A DNA stretch of 64,000 nucleotides from Haplodiscus bocki (taxonomy: Eukaryota). This document shows positions 25,347-38,497 of this stretch, one piece after another (position 1 is the stretch's first letter; each line of letters opens with the position of its first letter). The notes beneath the pieces were generated by a model, which was not told the origin of the DNA, ran no database searches, and saw nothing but the letters and a program-made list of their open reading frames with translations. Location: contig OZ296659.1 of the NCBI GenBank assembly GCA_965655095.1, positions 66,154,001 through 66,218,000 of the forward strand, in the 5' to 3' direction. Both the position numbers and the translations under genes were made by a program.

Positions 25347-27479
25347 ACTGTTTTGATTTTACGTCAAACTCTTGAGCACTTAATTTGGTTCTGTTGATTT
25401 TTTTGGAAAAGTTCGTTTTTTTGCTTTGGTGATTGTAGTTAGTGGCCGCAAGCTAGAGGAAAACGACCGAAAAAACAGACAAAAAACCAAACGTGTGTTC
25501 CCATGAGAGAACACTTTGCTGTTGGAAAAAGAGAAAGCAAAAGCAGAGAAAAGGGGAACGAAACTGAAAACAGAGATAAAACGAGACGATGGTGAAACTC
25601 AACTGCATTTTCCCACTATGAAGTCTTCTTCCTTGAGAATATATGTGAGGTTGAGAGAAAGAGAGTGGGGGTTCTTGAATGACAAGTTACATATGAGGGA
25701 GAAACGGGTGTTCTTAAATGAAAAAAAAATGACAGTGTCTTGGGTGAGGAACAATTTAGAGGTTCGGTTTCTTGGGAAGAACAAAAAATACTCCGTTGCT
25801 GTGTAAAAAATGATTCAGATATTATTCAGATGTCTAATCGTTTACATAAAGCATAGTATAGAGAATTTTGCACGCTTAGTGTTAATAGATAGTGAGGGAT
25901 AACTCAAGTTATTAATCTTGAATTTTTGCCAATTTTTGTGAGCCATGTACAAGGATGGTTAATGATGACATTTTTTGTGAGCGATTTACAAGTAGAGAGA
26001 TCAATAACTGAGTCACTTCCTTTCGACTTTGATGGTACGATGTTATAGAAGCTGTCTTGAGACTAACATTTGTTTTGTGATTGCATAAGTATAAAAAGTC
26101 GGCGTCAACATGGTGTTGGTGATGAAGCTGCAAGAAACTAAAGATAATGTTTTGAAAGTAGGTGTTGAAGGTGAGAATGTTCGCCCTTTATGGTTGAGAG
26201 CATTGTGAGTCAGTTCATAGATGTTGGATGGATATGTGGCCGGAAAAAGATAGACCTACTTAAAAATGTTGGTAAACTGCATGGGTATGTTGCTCATTGG
26301 TAGAGTTTAGGCATGGTTTGCATTGGTGGAAAGGGAGCAGTTTATAATGAAAGTTGATTACTTTTGCATGACTACATGCAGTTGTTTCTAGATCTTTTGT
26401 AAGAAAAAGTGTCTAAATTCAGTTTTAGGAAAAAATGTAAACCTTCAGTTTTGGAATGGTGGTTTTAAGTTGCGTACAGCCAGGTAGTTCGATAGAAAAC
26501 ATCTAACAAGGCTAAGTGATGTAAACTGTTAGTTGCGTGATAGTGTTTTTTTGAACTTGACTGTGAGCGATGAGGACGCGCGCTTGTTGCTGTGTGCAGA
26601 ATCAGAAGAACTGATAATTTCGAATCAAACCATTTTCAAGCATCGAATGTTGCATAATTAAACTTTCTGAGTAGGAACACATCGAGTGCTGCTTTGTAAC
26701 TTAGTTCCTGCATTGGTAACCTTGGTAGTCCCTAAGTTTAGGATGTTTCCGTAAAATGCACTTTGCACCATCTGGCGTGTGTGCGAGCAGGGTCCTGCTC
26801 ACGTGCTTTGTTATTACCGTTATCGGGTGTCGGTAACGAAGCCTGGTGATGAGGGATATATTTATCGCGTGAGGTCTATGTCCATGATTCTATCCATTAG
26901 TTTGTGAGGATTCATCCTCTGGTGTTTGATGTGTACTTATAGGCGCGTCCTTGTGGAGTGTTAGAGGAGTTTCATTTGAGACCGCCTGAAGTTTTGGCAC
27001 CGTCATCTCAGGTATTATTGTTGTCGGTGCAGAAAAGTTACCGGTTGTACTTGGGTTGAAAATTCTTGATGGTTTTCCTTGTCGACGTCGGTTTCTTCGT
27101 CTGGTAGTTTATCCGAACGACGTGTGTTTATTCGGATGTGAGTCGAAGAAAGCTCAGGGTTATCAGTAATGTCAGGGTACTGGTAAAACTGGAGTTCATC
27201 CACTTGAAGCTCAGGAGCGTTTACAAGTAACATGAAATTGGGAGGCGCATGCAGTGCACGCAATTGGTTTTAAGAGTACCAGTTTTGCGGATGACGTACA
27301 TGGAATGCGTAAGACTTTTCGTGAGTTTTCATCGACCTTTCCGGAGGAACATCATGAACTGTGTTTTGTCTGACTGTGTGTGGTACTTTTAATTTCGGAG
27401 GAAGACATACCGATACTTTCAAGGGTTGTGAGTAAACTTTTGAATCGCAATAATTTTTATACAAGTGCATTCTTTCGAA

Positions 27480-28340
27480 GATCTTGGATGTTGTGTCTTT
27501 GTACTTTTCCTAAACTTCATGGACTCAGAGTTCCGAGTTATACTTTGTTACGATTGTTTTCCAAAGGTTTGCTAAACTTGAGATCGGGTGTGTTGTATGG
27601 GATATGTCTATGAAAACCCTCAGCTAGTGTCCTTGTTAGTGATTGGTGGAATTTCGTGTTATGGGCAGTGATGGCGAGGTTGACCTAACGATCGCAATGA
27701 GGTGTATCTGCAGCATTGTTAGCCTTTAAGGACTCTTTGAGCTTCTGATAATTGCGTTCGACAATAGCACAGCTCTGGTCGTAGTTTGATTGATTTTGAT
27801 GCCAGACTTGCTCATGAGGTTTTTCTGTACTGGGGCAGCAAACGCAGAACCTTTGTCAGTTTTCAATCGATCCGAGACATAATTATGTTGAACGACAATT
27901 TGTAAACATTCGAGAAAGTCTGCGTTGGAGCTCCGTTGCCTGAGTGGAACAGCGAAAGGTATCTCAAAAATGTGGCAAATGGTCAAGATGTGCGTGTAAG
28001 AGTTTGAAGCCGGTAGTTTTTCTACGAAGTCAATATCCGTTGCATCTTCCGGTCCATCGTACGGGCCTTACATTTGCTCCAGAGCAGACCGGAGTTGCTT
28101 GTTGGGACATGGTTTGGATCGAATGCACATCTCACAGTTTTTGTTGTAGTCCTGGAGTTTACGTGCCTGGTCAGAGTTGTAGTACTTAGATCTTTGGACT
28201 TTCAAACTTTCCGATGCGCCAGAGTGCCCCGGCAGGGAGTTCTCAATCAGTGTCCAGTTCATGACATCGATTATGTTATTAAGGTCCACACTTTGCTTGT
28301 TACCAGGTATACCGTTGTAGTCAAAGTACTGTAAGCACAA
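27480..28340 (-). pseudogene. pol: Gypsy-2 integrase
   Basis: GHSG..YY..NCEMC; GPEDATDIDFVEKLP; FAVPL; TDKGSAF. Confidence 0.9.
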
Positions 28341-28849
28341 AACGTCTGTGTGACGTGTAGCCGGTCACGGTTTTTTGTATGTTTTTCAAGAGAGTGGTTT
28401 TCAATGTTCGGGTGTGAGGGACGTAGTTCTATGTCACTAATGATGCGGATCATTCATTGAAAGTTTACGTCGAAAAATTGGGCCGTTAGAATTTCATGGT
28501 CCGCATGGGGGTTTACCTGGTTCACTTCGAAGCAGTACAGTGAGTTTTTTGTGACAAACGTTACGTGGTGGTCGACGTCAGAGCGGGTGTGTCCATCGTG
28601 CTAGATGATTAGGTCGTGGATGAGTCTCAAGTGGTGCTCTTCGTCATTCTCTGATGCACAATCGAGCTGTGTGACCATCGTCAGTAATGCATTGACGTCC
28701 TGTTGGTTCGGCTGGGGGGGTTGTTGCAGTACCTGTTTAAGGTATCATGTCGGCTCGGTGATCCTCTTCGTCATTGTCCGGCTGCGAATTTTGTGATGCC
28801 AAGTCAACCTCGTTGTGAGAGATCAGAGTTGAGTCAGACAAACTTAGGT

Positions 28850-30000
28850 AAGTCCTGTTTCTGGACGTGACGTCTAAACGAGAAAAGCAGTCAGCGTTAA
28901 AGGCATTTGGTGCCCGGTAAACCGGCGAGACCCAAAAGCGGATATGCTCTGTTTTTGATGACGCTGTCTTTCCGTTTGCGTACTCTTCGATCAACAATAC
29001 GGAGCCTGCAGCGTGTTCAATGGGATCGCACAATAATACTAGTTATTGTTCTGTTAATGGAACAAAAGTTTGGCTGCCTTGGCAAGGTTTTCGGTAACAT
29101 CGATATGATGATCATTTTGAGCTTGCGTCAGTTGAACTTTTGTGTCTCTCTGGAGCCAAAAGAACAGCGGGATGATTTTTTCAGCCAACCTCGAAATGAT
29201 TCGACTGTGAACGCTTACAAACCCTATATATCTTTGGAGTGCTTTGACTGAAGACGGTAGTTTAAATTTGGTGAAAACGTTCCCGTTTTCTGGGCAGAAG
29301 TGTTTGCTTATCGTTTTTTCTAAAAACTTTTCTCTCTGCATTCTCAAACGTTGCTTCACTCATAGACTGTTTAAGATCACCAAGTTCGGTCAACTGAAAC
29401 ACTAATTCATTGTTTTGGATAAGCTTGTCTGCACTTGGAGCTGCCATGCCGATGAAATGAAGGTTTTGACCGCATCTGTCGGCCTTCAGTGCAGGCTCGA
29501 GGTGATCTCGGACGACACTGTTGAACGCTGAAATTGGTGTTTTCAAGCCTTAAGCAAAATGTTGGCACGCGAATAAGCGAGCTCCGAAGTTGAACGACAG
29601 TATTATAATCAGTTTCTCACCTGCAGACAGTATTAGGCTTGAAAGGAGTCACGTCTGTGAAATTACTTTTTCCCTGCCAGATGTTAAGTTGCTTCACAAC
29701 TGCCGTGACTGGATGGTTGTGCTCAAGGCAATCGTGGTTAATGGGATGGTTGATTTGTCTCAACTCAACTAAAATACTTTACCAATAGGTTTGCGTGGAA
29801 CAAAAATGAGTGACGATTAATTGCTGAAAGGCAACGTGGAAAAGGTACCGCAATCTTTCTGCGAAACGACTTCAACAAACATTTCGTTTATGAGGTTCCT
29901 TGTCGTTGGTTGTATGAAAATTGACTCATGAAGCTAGGGGTTTAATTTAACTTTGAATTCAATGCTACTATTTTCGCCAAGCCTTTTTCCAGCAAACGAA
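28850..30000 (-). pseudogene. pol: Gypsy-2 RT and internally deleted RNase H
   Basis: SAFNSVVRDHLEPALKADRC; LPSSVKALQRYIGFV; FGSRRF jumps directly to ADCFSRL. Confidence 0.85.
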
Positions 30001-30699
30001 CAGGTTTTTTTTCTGCCAGTGATCGTTCCATCATAGAGTGTCCTTCAGTTTTTAAATGCAAAAACGTTCAGTTGAACTGATCCAGCAAGACGTTGCGCTG
30101 TTCGTCATCCAATGTCGGTTCCAGTTTCTCGAAATCACGGAGTTGCAGACTATTGTCATAGATCTGTCGTCCTAACGGTTTGAGGGCCTCTGAGTCCCCG
30201 CAAGTCTCGGGCGTCGGGTACCGTCGTTAATCGACGGGCGAATTTCGCATCTCGAAAAGCTGAAAGATCCTGTTGTTGGCTTCGTCTGGTTGCAAAGATA
30301 CGAGAGTAAATTGTTCTGACATTATGAGTCGCACGTGACTAGCTTGTCCCAGTGTGAGTTTATGAGTTTGGCGACAACTGTTCTGTGGCTGATGATGAAC
30401 GTGTGGGCATTCATATTAGTGGCTTGGGTGTTTCTTCGTCCTGCTTGAAGTTGTTTCTTTGTTGGGGTAACGTTGAGGTGTGACTTTCGGCAGAAAGCGT
30501 GGGTAGCTTCACGGATTCCGAAAAAGTTTACAATTTCAGTTATTGCAATGGTCGGAACCATAATTTGTACGAATGGGCCCTTGAATTTCTGGAGGGATTG
30601 AGGCTCAAAGATTCTGTCTCGAAATTTACTAATGAGGGGCTTGAGTAGTACTGACAAGTGCTGAGAATGAAAGAGCTTCTTGCTGAGGTCAAATGACAC

Positions 30700-31000
30700 G
30701 GAATAAATCTTGAAAAGGTCTCTTCGATAAGGATAATGCCCATAGTTGACAATTCAATGAAAGTCAGTTCGATTTTTTCCCAGGGAGGAACAATCGGAGT
30801 AGTACTTGTTTCCGGACGTGAACTGCGTTGCCGTTTGCTATCTCAACTTTGTAGCCGGGTGCTGGCATCTCTTCCAGCTTCCAGGGAGAGCTGAGGGTTG
30901 GCCAGCGGGGATGCAGTATAGCTCTTTTTCGGACTTGGCGTTTTGGATAGCTCTGGTGTCGAGGAGGGCACAATTTTCGCAATTCCGAAAGTGCAAAGAT
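30700..31000 (-). pseudogene. pol: Gypsy-2 aspartic protease
   Basis: ALLDTRAIQ (DTG site), YKVEIANGNAVHVRKQVLLR. Confidence 0.85.
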
Positions 31001-31170
31001 TTCTACAGCATGCAGTCACGTTTGTTTAGTCTGAGAGTTGCGGACAATGGGTAAACTTCACTTTCAGGTTTCGTAGTCCGTCGTTAGGGTGACTTTGTTG
31101 TGTCTGGCTGTCTATCGTTTTGTTGGGGGCAACATTTGGTCTGCTGTTGTGGTATTGCGAGAGTAATTGC

Positions 31171-31177
31171 TGTGTAC
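31171..31177. other. Left target-site duplication TGTGTAC
   Basis: Matches TGTGCAC at 56536-56542 (6/7). Confidence 0.65.
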
Positions 31178-31400
31178 AGAAGCAGAAGTCGGAGTTGATC
31201 AGGTGGGGGAGGGGATGAAAAACCCGATGAAAAATGAAAAACTAGTGCTAGCCCACTCGAGCCGAGGGCCGAAAAAACGTCTTCCACGACCCCTGAGAGC
31301 TCCCGGACGTTTTTGGACCAGGTAGTACTCGATTCCGGTCGACTGAAAAAGTTTGAGTGTGGTTTTCTTGTGGTTGATTCTGATTGGCTGCGGACTTTTT
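31178..31400 (+). repeat. Left TIR of outer Polinton
   Basis: agaagcagaagtcggagttgatcagg pairs with the reverse complement of 56510-56535 (agtaatagatgtcggagctgatcagg). Confidence 0.85.
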
Positions 31401-31802
31401 TTGAGTTTTGGCCTGAATGTGAAAGTGCTGAAGAAAATAATAACATAGAGAACGATAGTTGGCACTGATTCAATAAAAACCATGAAGTCTTGCGATGAAA
31501 AAAAAGGAGTGGTGTAATTGATTCATTTTTGGCACTGCGAGACTTTTTCTGAAATTTTTTTGAAAATTTTCCGATGAAATTTTTGCGTTTTAGATGGTCG
31601 CCACGCGGACTAAGTTCTAAGTTTCAGAACGTGGAATATATTTGAAGCCTGCAGACTTTCTAAAACGCCTGCGGTTACTAACTTCACTTGGGATACTTTT
31701 GTGACTTAATGTTATGTAAAAAGTTTGTGCTAATGTATACAACAATTCAACAGAAGGTAGACAAGTCAACAAGCTCAAGATAGCAAAATGAAGTTCTTTG
31801 AT

Positions 31803-34800
31803 TCAAAAATTGAGAAGTTGGATGTAGATTTCATCTCCCTCTACAATTCTCATGGGATAAAATTGGGAAAATCTTTTCCTTAATTGATCGTATCTTGCAA
31901 CAGCGTTAATTTCTTTCCAGAAACCTTCATTTGCTGACGGAATTTCTACCGTTTCGTACAGAGCTCGAAGATATTTTTCAAGGGTTGCGTAACTGTCCTG
32001 CTCTAGAACACGTTTGTCGCAGCTTTTGCAAATAAATATAAACTTTAATCAAGCAACATCAAAACACCACTACATTTTGCTACAAGAACATAACAATTCC
32101 TCACATCTGAATTACTCTTTGAAGAGTCCAAGTTCTCCCTTGTCAAGTCTTCTGAGTCTGACACAACACGCTCGGGAAAAAACTTCCAGCTGCTTCGGTA
32201 ATGAATGTAACAGTGCAATCTTTTGATAGCAACCGCTCCCATTCTGCTTCCAATTCAGGCTCGATGCCATCTTCCAGCTCCTTCTCGGCAAGAGCGAGAT
32301 ACAGAGAACCAGTGTCCTTTCCCAAAAATTCGAACTTGTATACATCACTATCTTTCATGAGAGAATAGTAGTACAGTTCTAGCATTCGTTGTTTTGTACG
32401 TTGAAGAATAAAGAACCCGGCAATGATTGGCTCCTTGAGATCAGTATGTGTCTCGGCGAATTCAACTTCATTAAATGCATTGTTCACGTGATCCAGTTGT
32501 CTGAAATGTTCATTTCTGATTGCGGCGTTTTTTTTGCCACTGAAGTACTTGGTCAAAAACTTTCGGATGCGGACGATAATCTGCTGGTCGTTGAACCTGT
32601 TTTCTAGGAGTTCCATTGTCTCCGCAACAACACTGACCGTCGGAATCTTGTCAGTTTCACTTCTTGCCTCAACTGCTGACTAATCAAAGCTGTTGAAACC
32701 TTTCTATGGTGTACTCAAGAAAACGGTGTATCTAAGAACAAAAAGGACCCAATTCAAGTTGGAATTAAAAGAGAAGAGTGATCAGTTTACTGTTTTGTCA
32801 TGTGAAGCTCGAAATCAACATTTGCTTAAGTTCACACAACACTTCTTTTTCTTCGGCTTTGTTTCTGATTAGTTTCCACGATGTCATTCTTGCTAACTTC
32901 AACTAAGGTGTTCTTGAAGGTTGGCGCGAAGTTATGAAAAGCGGCTCTCAATTTTTCATGTAATTCAATGTTGCAGTGGACACAGCCGAATATATTTACT
33001 TCCTCTTTCTTGTAGGAGTTGGCATTCTGTAGGGGAACACCTGTGACGAAAACCTTCTCGGATATGGTTTTTGTTGGTGGTTGTCTTTTACAGTCTCCAC
33101 TTCTCACTCTCTCACATTTCGATGGCAGTGAAGCCAGTTTTCTGTATAAAACTTCGTCTCAAATGAATGAGCTGTCGCCAATTACTGCCACATTGAAAAT
33201 CTTCCTCAGTTACAGATGGACGTACTTCTAGGCAGTGACAACAGCGATACAAGCATCCCAATGCTACAAACACAGAATTGCAACGGGAGAAATCTCCATC
33301 AACACTGAAAAAGTCATACTGCTTGTCTGCGTGTTCTGTAGAAGTTTTCAACTTGACATTCGGGTCTTGTTCTTTATATACAAGAAATCACCTCGTTTCA
33401 AAGGCTACGGGTCTTGTTTAGTCGTGTCATGAAAACACCCATCTCCCACCCAAATGCGTATGGAGACCGGTCTGCATGGGTTCATTCGTCGCATAGGGGT
33501 AAGGTTGGCTGACGTCAATCCCAAAGGTTGATTCGCAAATGTTTGTTGTTTTCGAATGAAAGTTTCATCAACAAGTGCTTTTCGTGTGGAAATGAAAAAT
33601 GGGCCGACAATTTCTGGTGCAATTATCCCCAGAAGCTCCTCATCACACTCCGTGAAGAGATGGAAGTTTCCATGTGTATATTTATGCAGACAAATGCTGG
33701 CCAGGTTTGATGAAGTACAACGAAGCTCTAACAAATTGATATCTCTATTAATGTAAAAAGGATTGATTTTTTGCAGTACTTCCATAGTTGGAGGAACATC
33801 TTTTCTGTTTTATTGGAGCAAAATGTCATAAAACGAGCTCATTTGTTCCTGAGTCCGTGTTTGTTGAAAGTATTGATAATGTTTCTTCTTAAAATAGGGT
33901 AGGTTTGATAGTTTCAATTTCACAACAGTTTGTTCTCTGGTCTTTACGATTTTCAAAAACTTAACGTACACATTTTATTCTGCTTCAGGAACACTAGAGT
34001 TGCGAAATTTATTATAAAAAGCGCCAAATGGAGAAGTTCTGTTCTCCTGATTTTGTCAAGATGATCAACTTTTTCGTAGAGGAGGAATCATTTAATTTCT
34101 GAGGTTTTCCTTGTCTGCAGGAAAAAAACAAGACTTTTTGCTCCACCAAGAAAGGTCACTGGATCCATCAGCTCAGTTTCAACAAAAATTTAAAAAATTA
34201 AGGGGATGAATTGGTCTGTTTTCCTGATAACTGCAGGTTCATTATCTCGCTCGTTAACAAGATTGGGTACAGAAAAATATTGATCAAATTGATATCAAAT
34301 TTTGTACTGTTGAAACCAAACACAGATTAAACATTGCGGAAATGTTCTATCGACTCAACGAGCTAAAAGTAATGATTGTTTGATTTCTGTATGACTTGAG
34401 TACATGAAAAAATTTTGTTCTTGGAGCCTGATTGCCACATGTCAATTCTACTTGCTTGCTCCCATCGTTGTTGACGTTGAGTGCATTTATCCAAGATGTT
34501 TCCCAGTTTATTCTTCATCGATGTTTCAATATCACGGAACAAAAGTTTCGTTTATGCCTTGCCTTGTGATGCTAGACCTTTCATTGCTCCCTTAAAAGAG
34601 CCAACCAAGGGATGAGGGTAGAAGTTGCACAGCGAAAACGGTTCTTCCTCTAGGTTTGAGTGAATGAATATTGAAATCGATACATGCTTACGTATCCACG
34701 TTGCTGTTTCTCTATTTTTGAATGTTCCTTCTTGAAGGAAAATCCATTCCCAGTGGAATTTTGCTAGGTTTTTGACGAAAGTTTGCTTACTGGTGTACTT

Positions 34801-36120
34801 AACGCCGAAAGTGTCCAGCTTGACAATCAAAATTTCTCAAGCTTCATGTTTTACTCGTTTACTGCACCTGCTCAAAATTCGTTTTACTTTTCCCGTCTTT
34901 CAAAGAAAGTATCACAGGTGGGTTAACGAAACGCTTCAAAGTCAGCACTAAAAATTGTTAGATGCCAAAGTTTATTGTTGTATCTCAAAAACCGCTAAGT
35001 TTTTGTAATTTTTGAGGCAATTTGTCTGGCAAGTTCCCTGATAACATTCTCATTCACAATATCTAAATCAAAAAGTAAAACTCTGAGCATTAACAGATAC
35101 TCAACAACTAGATGCTCGAACAAAAGGACCCCATAGAGCTCGTTGGGACTGAGTCCATCCATTCCATTGATTGATAACATATCAAATTTTGAAATTCATT
35201 TTTCCAGCTAATGATGTCCGTGCAAAGGGAGAGCAAGAGCACAAAAAGCCGCAAATTTCCGACATATGGTTCTCTTGTGTTCCCTTCATACGTGAGACAG
35301 TTCATTGTACAGTTTCTCATTGAGGTTCGGGTGGGACAGCGTCATTGCAACTTATAGGTACGTCTTTGTGTGAAGCAACAAATTTGATAAAGTTTGTCCA
35401 GTTAAACGCTCTCAAGCTTTTTCATACCTTCTCCACTACATTACTGTACAACTCGTTGACGTCAGTTTTGTTGACAAGAGCCTCTAACCTTGCCGTGTCA
35501 AACATGGTGCACACAAGTTGTGACCGATCCAGCGGGATAATGTTTTCATGGGCGTAGACTTATCTGAATCTTCTATCCTATTTTTCTTTCAAAATGAACC
35601 CCAAAGCTACATTCGGTTCAACTGCCCATTTTAATTTGTTGAAAAACCAATCCAATTTTCCGTCCAATTCTTCAGCTTTGAAGTTTTCCTTTGCATAATT
35701 GATTACTTTGTGTCTAGCTTTTTCAAATTCAGATTTTTTGGGGAATTGTTGAGAAAAACCCAACTCCTCTTCAAAACCCCTATCATCAACTTCGTTAATT
35801 GAATCATGAAACTCAAGATTTGTTGTCTTAATAGGAAAACAAGAACGAGTGTCCTTAGGCTGTCGTAAAGCGTGAAATCCTGGAAACTCTTGATAACAAA
35901 TTTCACACTAGAAAGTAACGAAACGTTTTGGGGCGTCTTGCTTTTTAATAATACGAAAAGTGCAATCTTTTTTAGTTTTTATGGAGAATTTGGGACATTT
36001 GAAACAGAACAGTAGCCCAAATTAACTTCTTTCCTTGTGACGGCCAAGATTGATTCGTGTACTTTGGGTTACACAAATTTCGCACATAACTTCGTCGCTC
36101 CGGTTGAGTGAAGGCTTTTC
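31803..36120 (-). pseudogene. polB: pPolB with N-terminal C2H2 fingers and VSR-like insertion
   Basis: GFNSTKFDINLI (ExoII); GIDVSQPYPY (motif A); FSVDGDFSRCNSVFVALGCLY (VSR-like); EPIIAGFFILQ..RMLELYY; KDTGSLYLALAE (motif C). Confidence 0.92.
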
Positions 36121-36399
36121 AATTCTGGGAATTTTAAAAAATAGTCTGAATTGAACGTAAAAGCTGAAACAACATGACTGTACCCGTGCAAAAAAATGCG
36201 ATAAGTACGTAGCAAGAGTTACTCAAAACCTTCTACTGAAAAACAAAAAACACCGTTACAGAAAACAGCAGACAGAAAAGGAAAGACTAACAATAAAATG
36301 TCACAACGACCAAAAAGAGAGCTGTCAAATCATTTTCTTTTATCTGACAAACCAACTTTTTTAGAAGAAAAATTTAATTCAAGGGATGAGTCACACTGT

Positions 36400-36610
36400 C
36401 TCCGAAAATTTCTCAAGTGGAACAAGTTCTCTGTTTTTGGCGACAGACTTTCTGGAGAACTTGATCAAGTGGATTAGCAACCCCAGACAGCGTGTCTGAG
36501 AAAAAAATTCAAGTGGAAACGGTTCCCCGTTTGAGGAGACAGGTTATCTGCTCAGATTACTCAAGTGGAACAAAATCTCCTCATAAGGAGACAGCTTGTC
36601 TGAGCATTTA
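36400..36610 (+). repeat. Array of four ~52-bp tandem units
   Basis: tcaagtgg at 36413, 36465, 36509, 36561. Confidence 0.85.
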
Positions 36611-36899
36611 CTTTGTTTGCTTTGTTCAATTTGGTCTCAAATGTTAAAAAAAACACATACATTTCCAAACAAAAAACAAAAAATGAAATTCAGAAGTTGA
36701 AAGATTCCAATTCATGGAATCTTCGATGTGAGCTCATCCAGTGACCTAGTGAACCCATTGAGTTTTCAACCACCACAGCTTAGCTCCCCAATTTATTGAC
36801 AACAAAGAACAATTGAAACCTGATTGGCTTTAATAAAACCGATACCACCGATGAAACTCGCAGTCATAATCAAGCGCCTTTTCCTTGCAGCTATACTAC

Positions 36900-38100
36900 C
36901 AGCTTAATCTTTTCGCAAAAGTTACAGACTAAAAATAGTTGTTGTTTGTCAAAAAGCAAACTCACAGATCGTGCAAATTGTGATCTTCTTAGGAAGAAAC
37001 ACCAGCGGACTTCTTGAACGCAACAGGCGTAGATTGTTGTTTTTTTACAAATTTTCTGACAGTTTCCAGTCCCGGCATCGAAGACCACGAGTCAGTAAAG
37101 TCTCCAACAAGAAATGTTTTGTATCCATGTTGCTCCGATTTCAGGAGTTTAAGACACAGCAGCTGTATATTCTCGAAGAAGCAGCGAATTTTTCCAAGAA
37201 AGAACTTAGTTCTTTGATCGTCAGTTAGCGGGTTTTTTAAAACTTTCAGTGAAGCCAGCAATCTTTAACAGGTTCCAGAACAAAAATTCAAAACTGCCAC
37301 TGGATCTACAAGTTCAATAGACAACCTCTTTATTGATGATTGTAAGGACAACATTGAAAATTCAAAGAAACAAAGTCCTTTATCGTTCCGTTTCTGACAC
37401 AACAAATCTTGTGTCTTTACCATCAAACTATTTGAGCCACACGGTAATCAGTTCATACATACAGAAAATGGCAATTTTAACCATCTCAAAAATCACCGAC
37501 TCTACAAAAACCGATGAAACGTTGCGAACAAGTGTGATTCAATTGAAAAACAATTATGATGTGTGGCACATCCGATCCCCATTGTTGCTGTGACAATAGC
37601 AAAAATGTTTTTAATGGGAAATTGTACTGTCCGAACAAAACGTGTTCCGAGAAACTTTGCCTGCTCGAAAAATTTTTGGAAACCCAATTGAAGCGGTTTT
37701 TGTCCGCAATGCGCGTCGACATGTCAAGTCCATATGAATGAGAAAAAATCGTTTCTCTTTATGTGTGACTCAAGGATTTAAAACCTTGATTAAGTACAAA
37801 AATCGATTCGAGATAAAATTGGGGATATCTTATGACCTGGTAGTGCTGCTTAGGACGAAAGTGTACCTAGGTCCATCTATGGTAAAAGAATGGTAAAAAT
37901 TGATACAAATGTCTCCCAAGCGAAGCAGTCCGCAAGGAATTGATTAGACCTTTAAGGGACCAAAAACCAACAGTTATGTTGTTTGGAAGTGATAGGATAA
38001 AAAGGTTTGCCTAAAAGACGAGTCGGGATTTCGAAAGAGAAAAACTATCCGTTTTTGAACATAAATTTTTCCCACAAACTGCAATCAGCCACACCCGATC
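36900..38100 (+). pseudogene. Polinton accessory ORFs including Cys-rich domain
   Basis: CGTSDPHCCC..LYCPNKTC..KLC; inverted homolog at ~48000-49250. Confidence 0.55.
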
Positions 38101-38497
38101 TTGTGCAAAAAAAGGCAAAAATCATTCGATTTATGGCAAAGTCGTGTCGATTTCACATTGGCTGACACAGTCAACAAAAAAGTATATTCCAGTCTTGTTT
38201 TCTTGTTTTTTTTATATTCGCATTCTAAAGTACAGCAGCATATAATTCTCCATCTCCAAAGATGGTAAAGAGTGGTCTTTCGACTTTGGTTCAGCTTCAA
38301 TTACTTTGACTGTAGAAGATCTCGTCCAAACACAGAAAAGAAGTTCGCAGGAAATTCCCATGCCAACTCGGAGCTTGCTGTTGTCTCAAACGCAAGACTG
38401 TTGGAACAACCATCTAGCGCGAGTTCCAATTGCCCCTAACCAGCAAGGAACACATAAAATGAGGCAGGAATTACTTTCAAGTGTAGGTGCTTAAGAT

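Larger units (their letters stand above)
21000..31177 (-). mobile_element. Gypsy-2, 3' part (pol plus long accessory region); left boundary uncertain
   Basis: PR-RT-RH-IN on minus strand; continues at 56536 beyond the Polinton insertion. Confidence 0.85.

Noticed and set aside
36400-36610. CRISPR-like array
   Set aside because: Whole units repeat with no unique spacers; no cas genes; eukaryotic context
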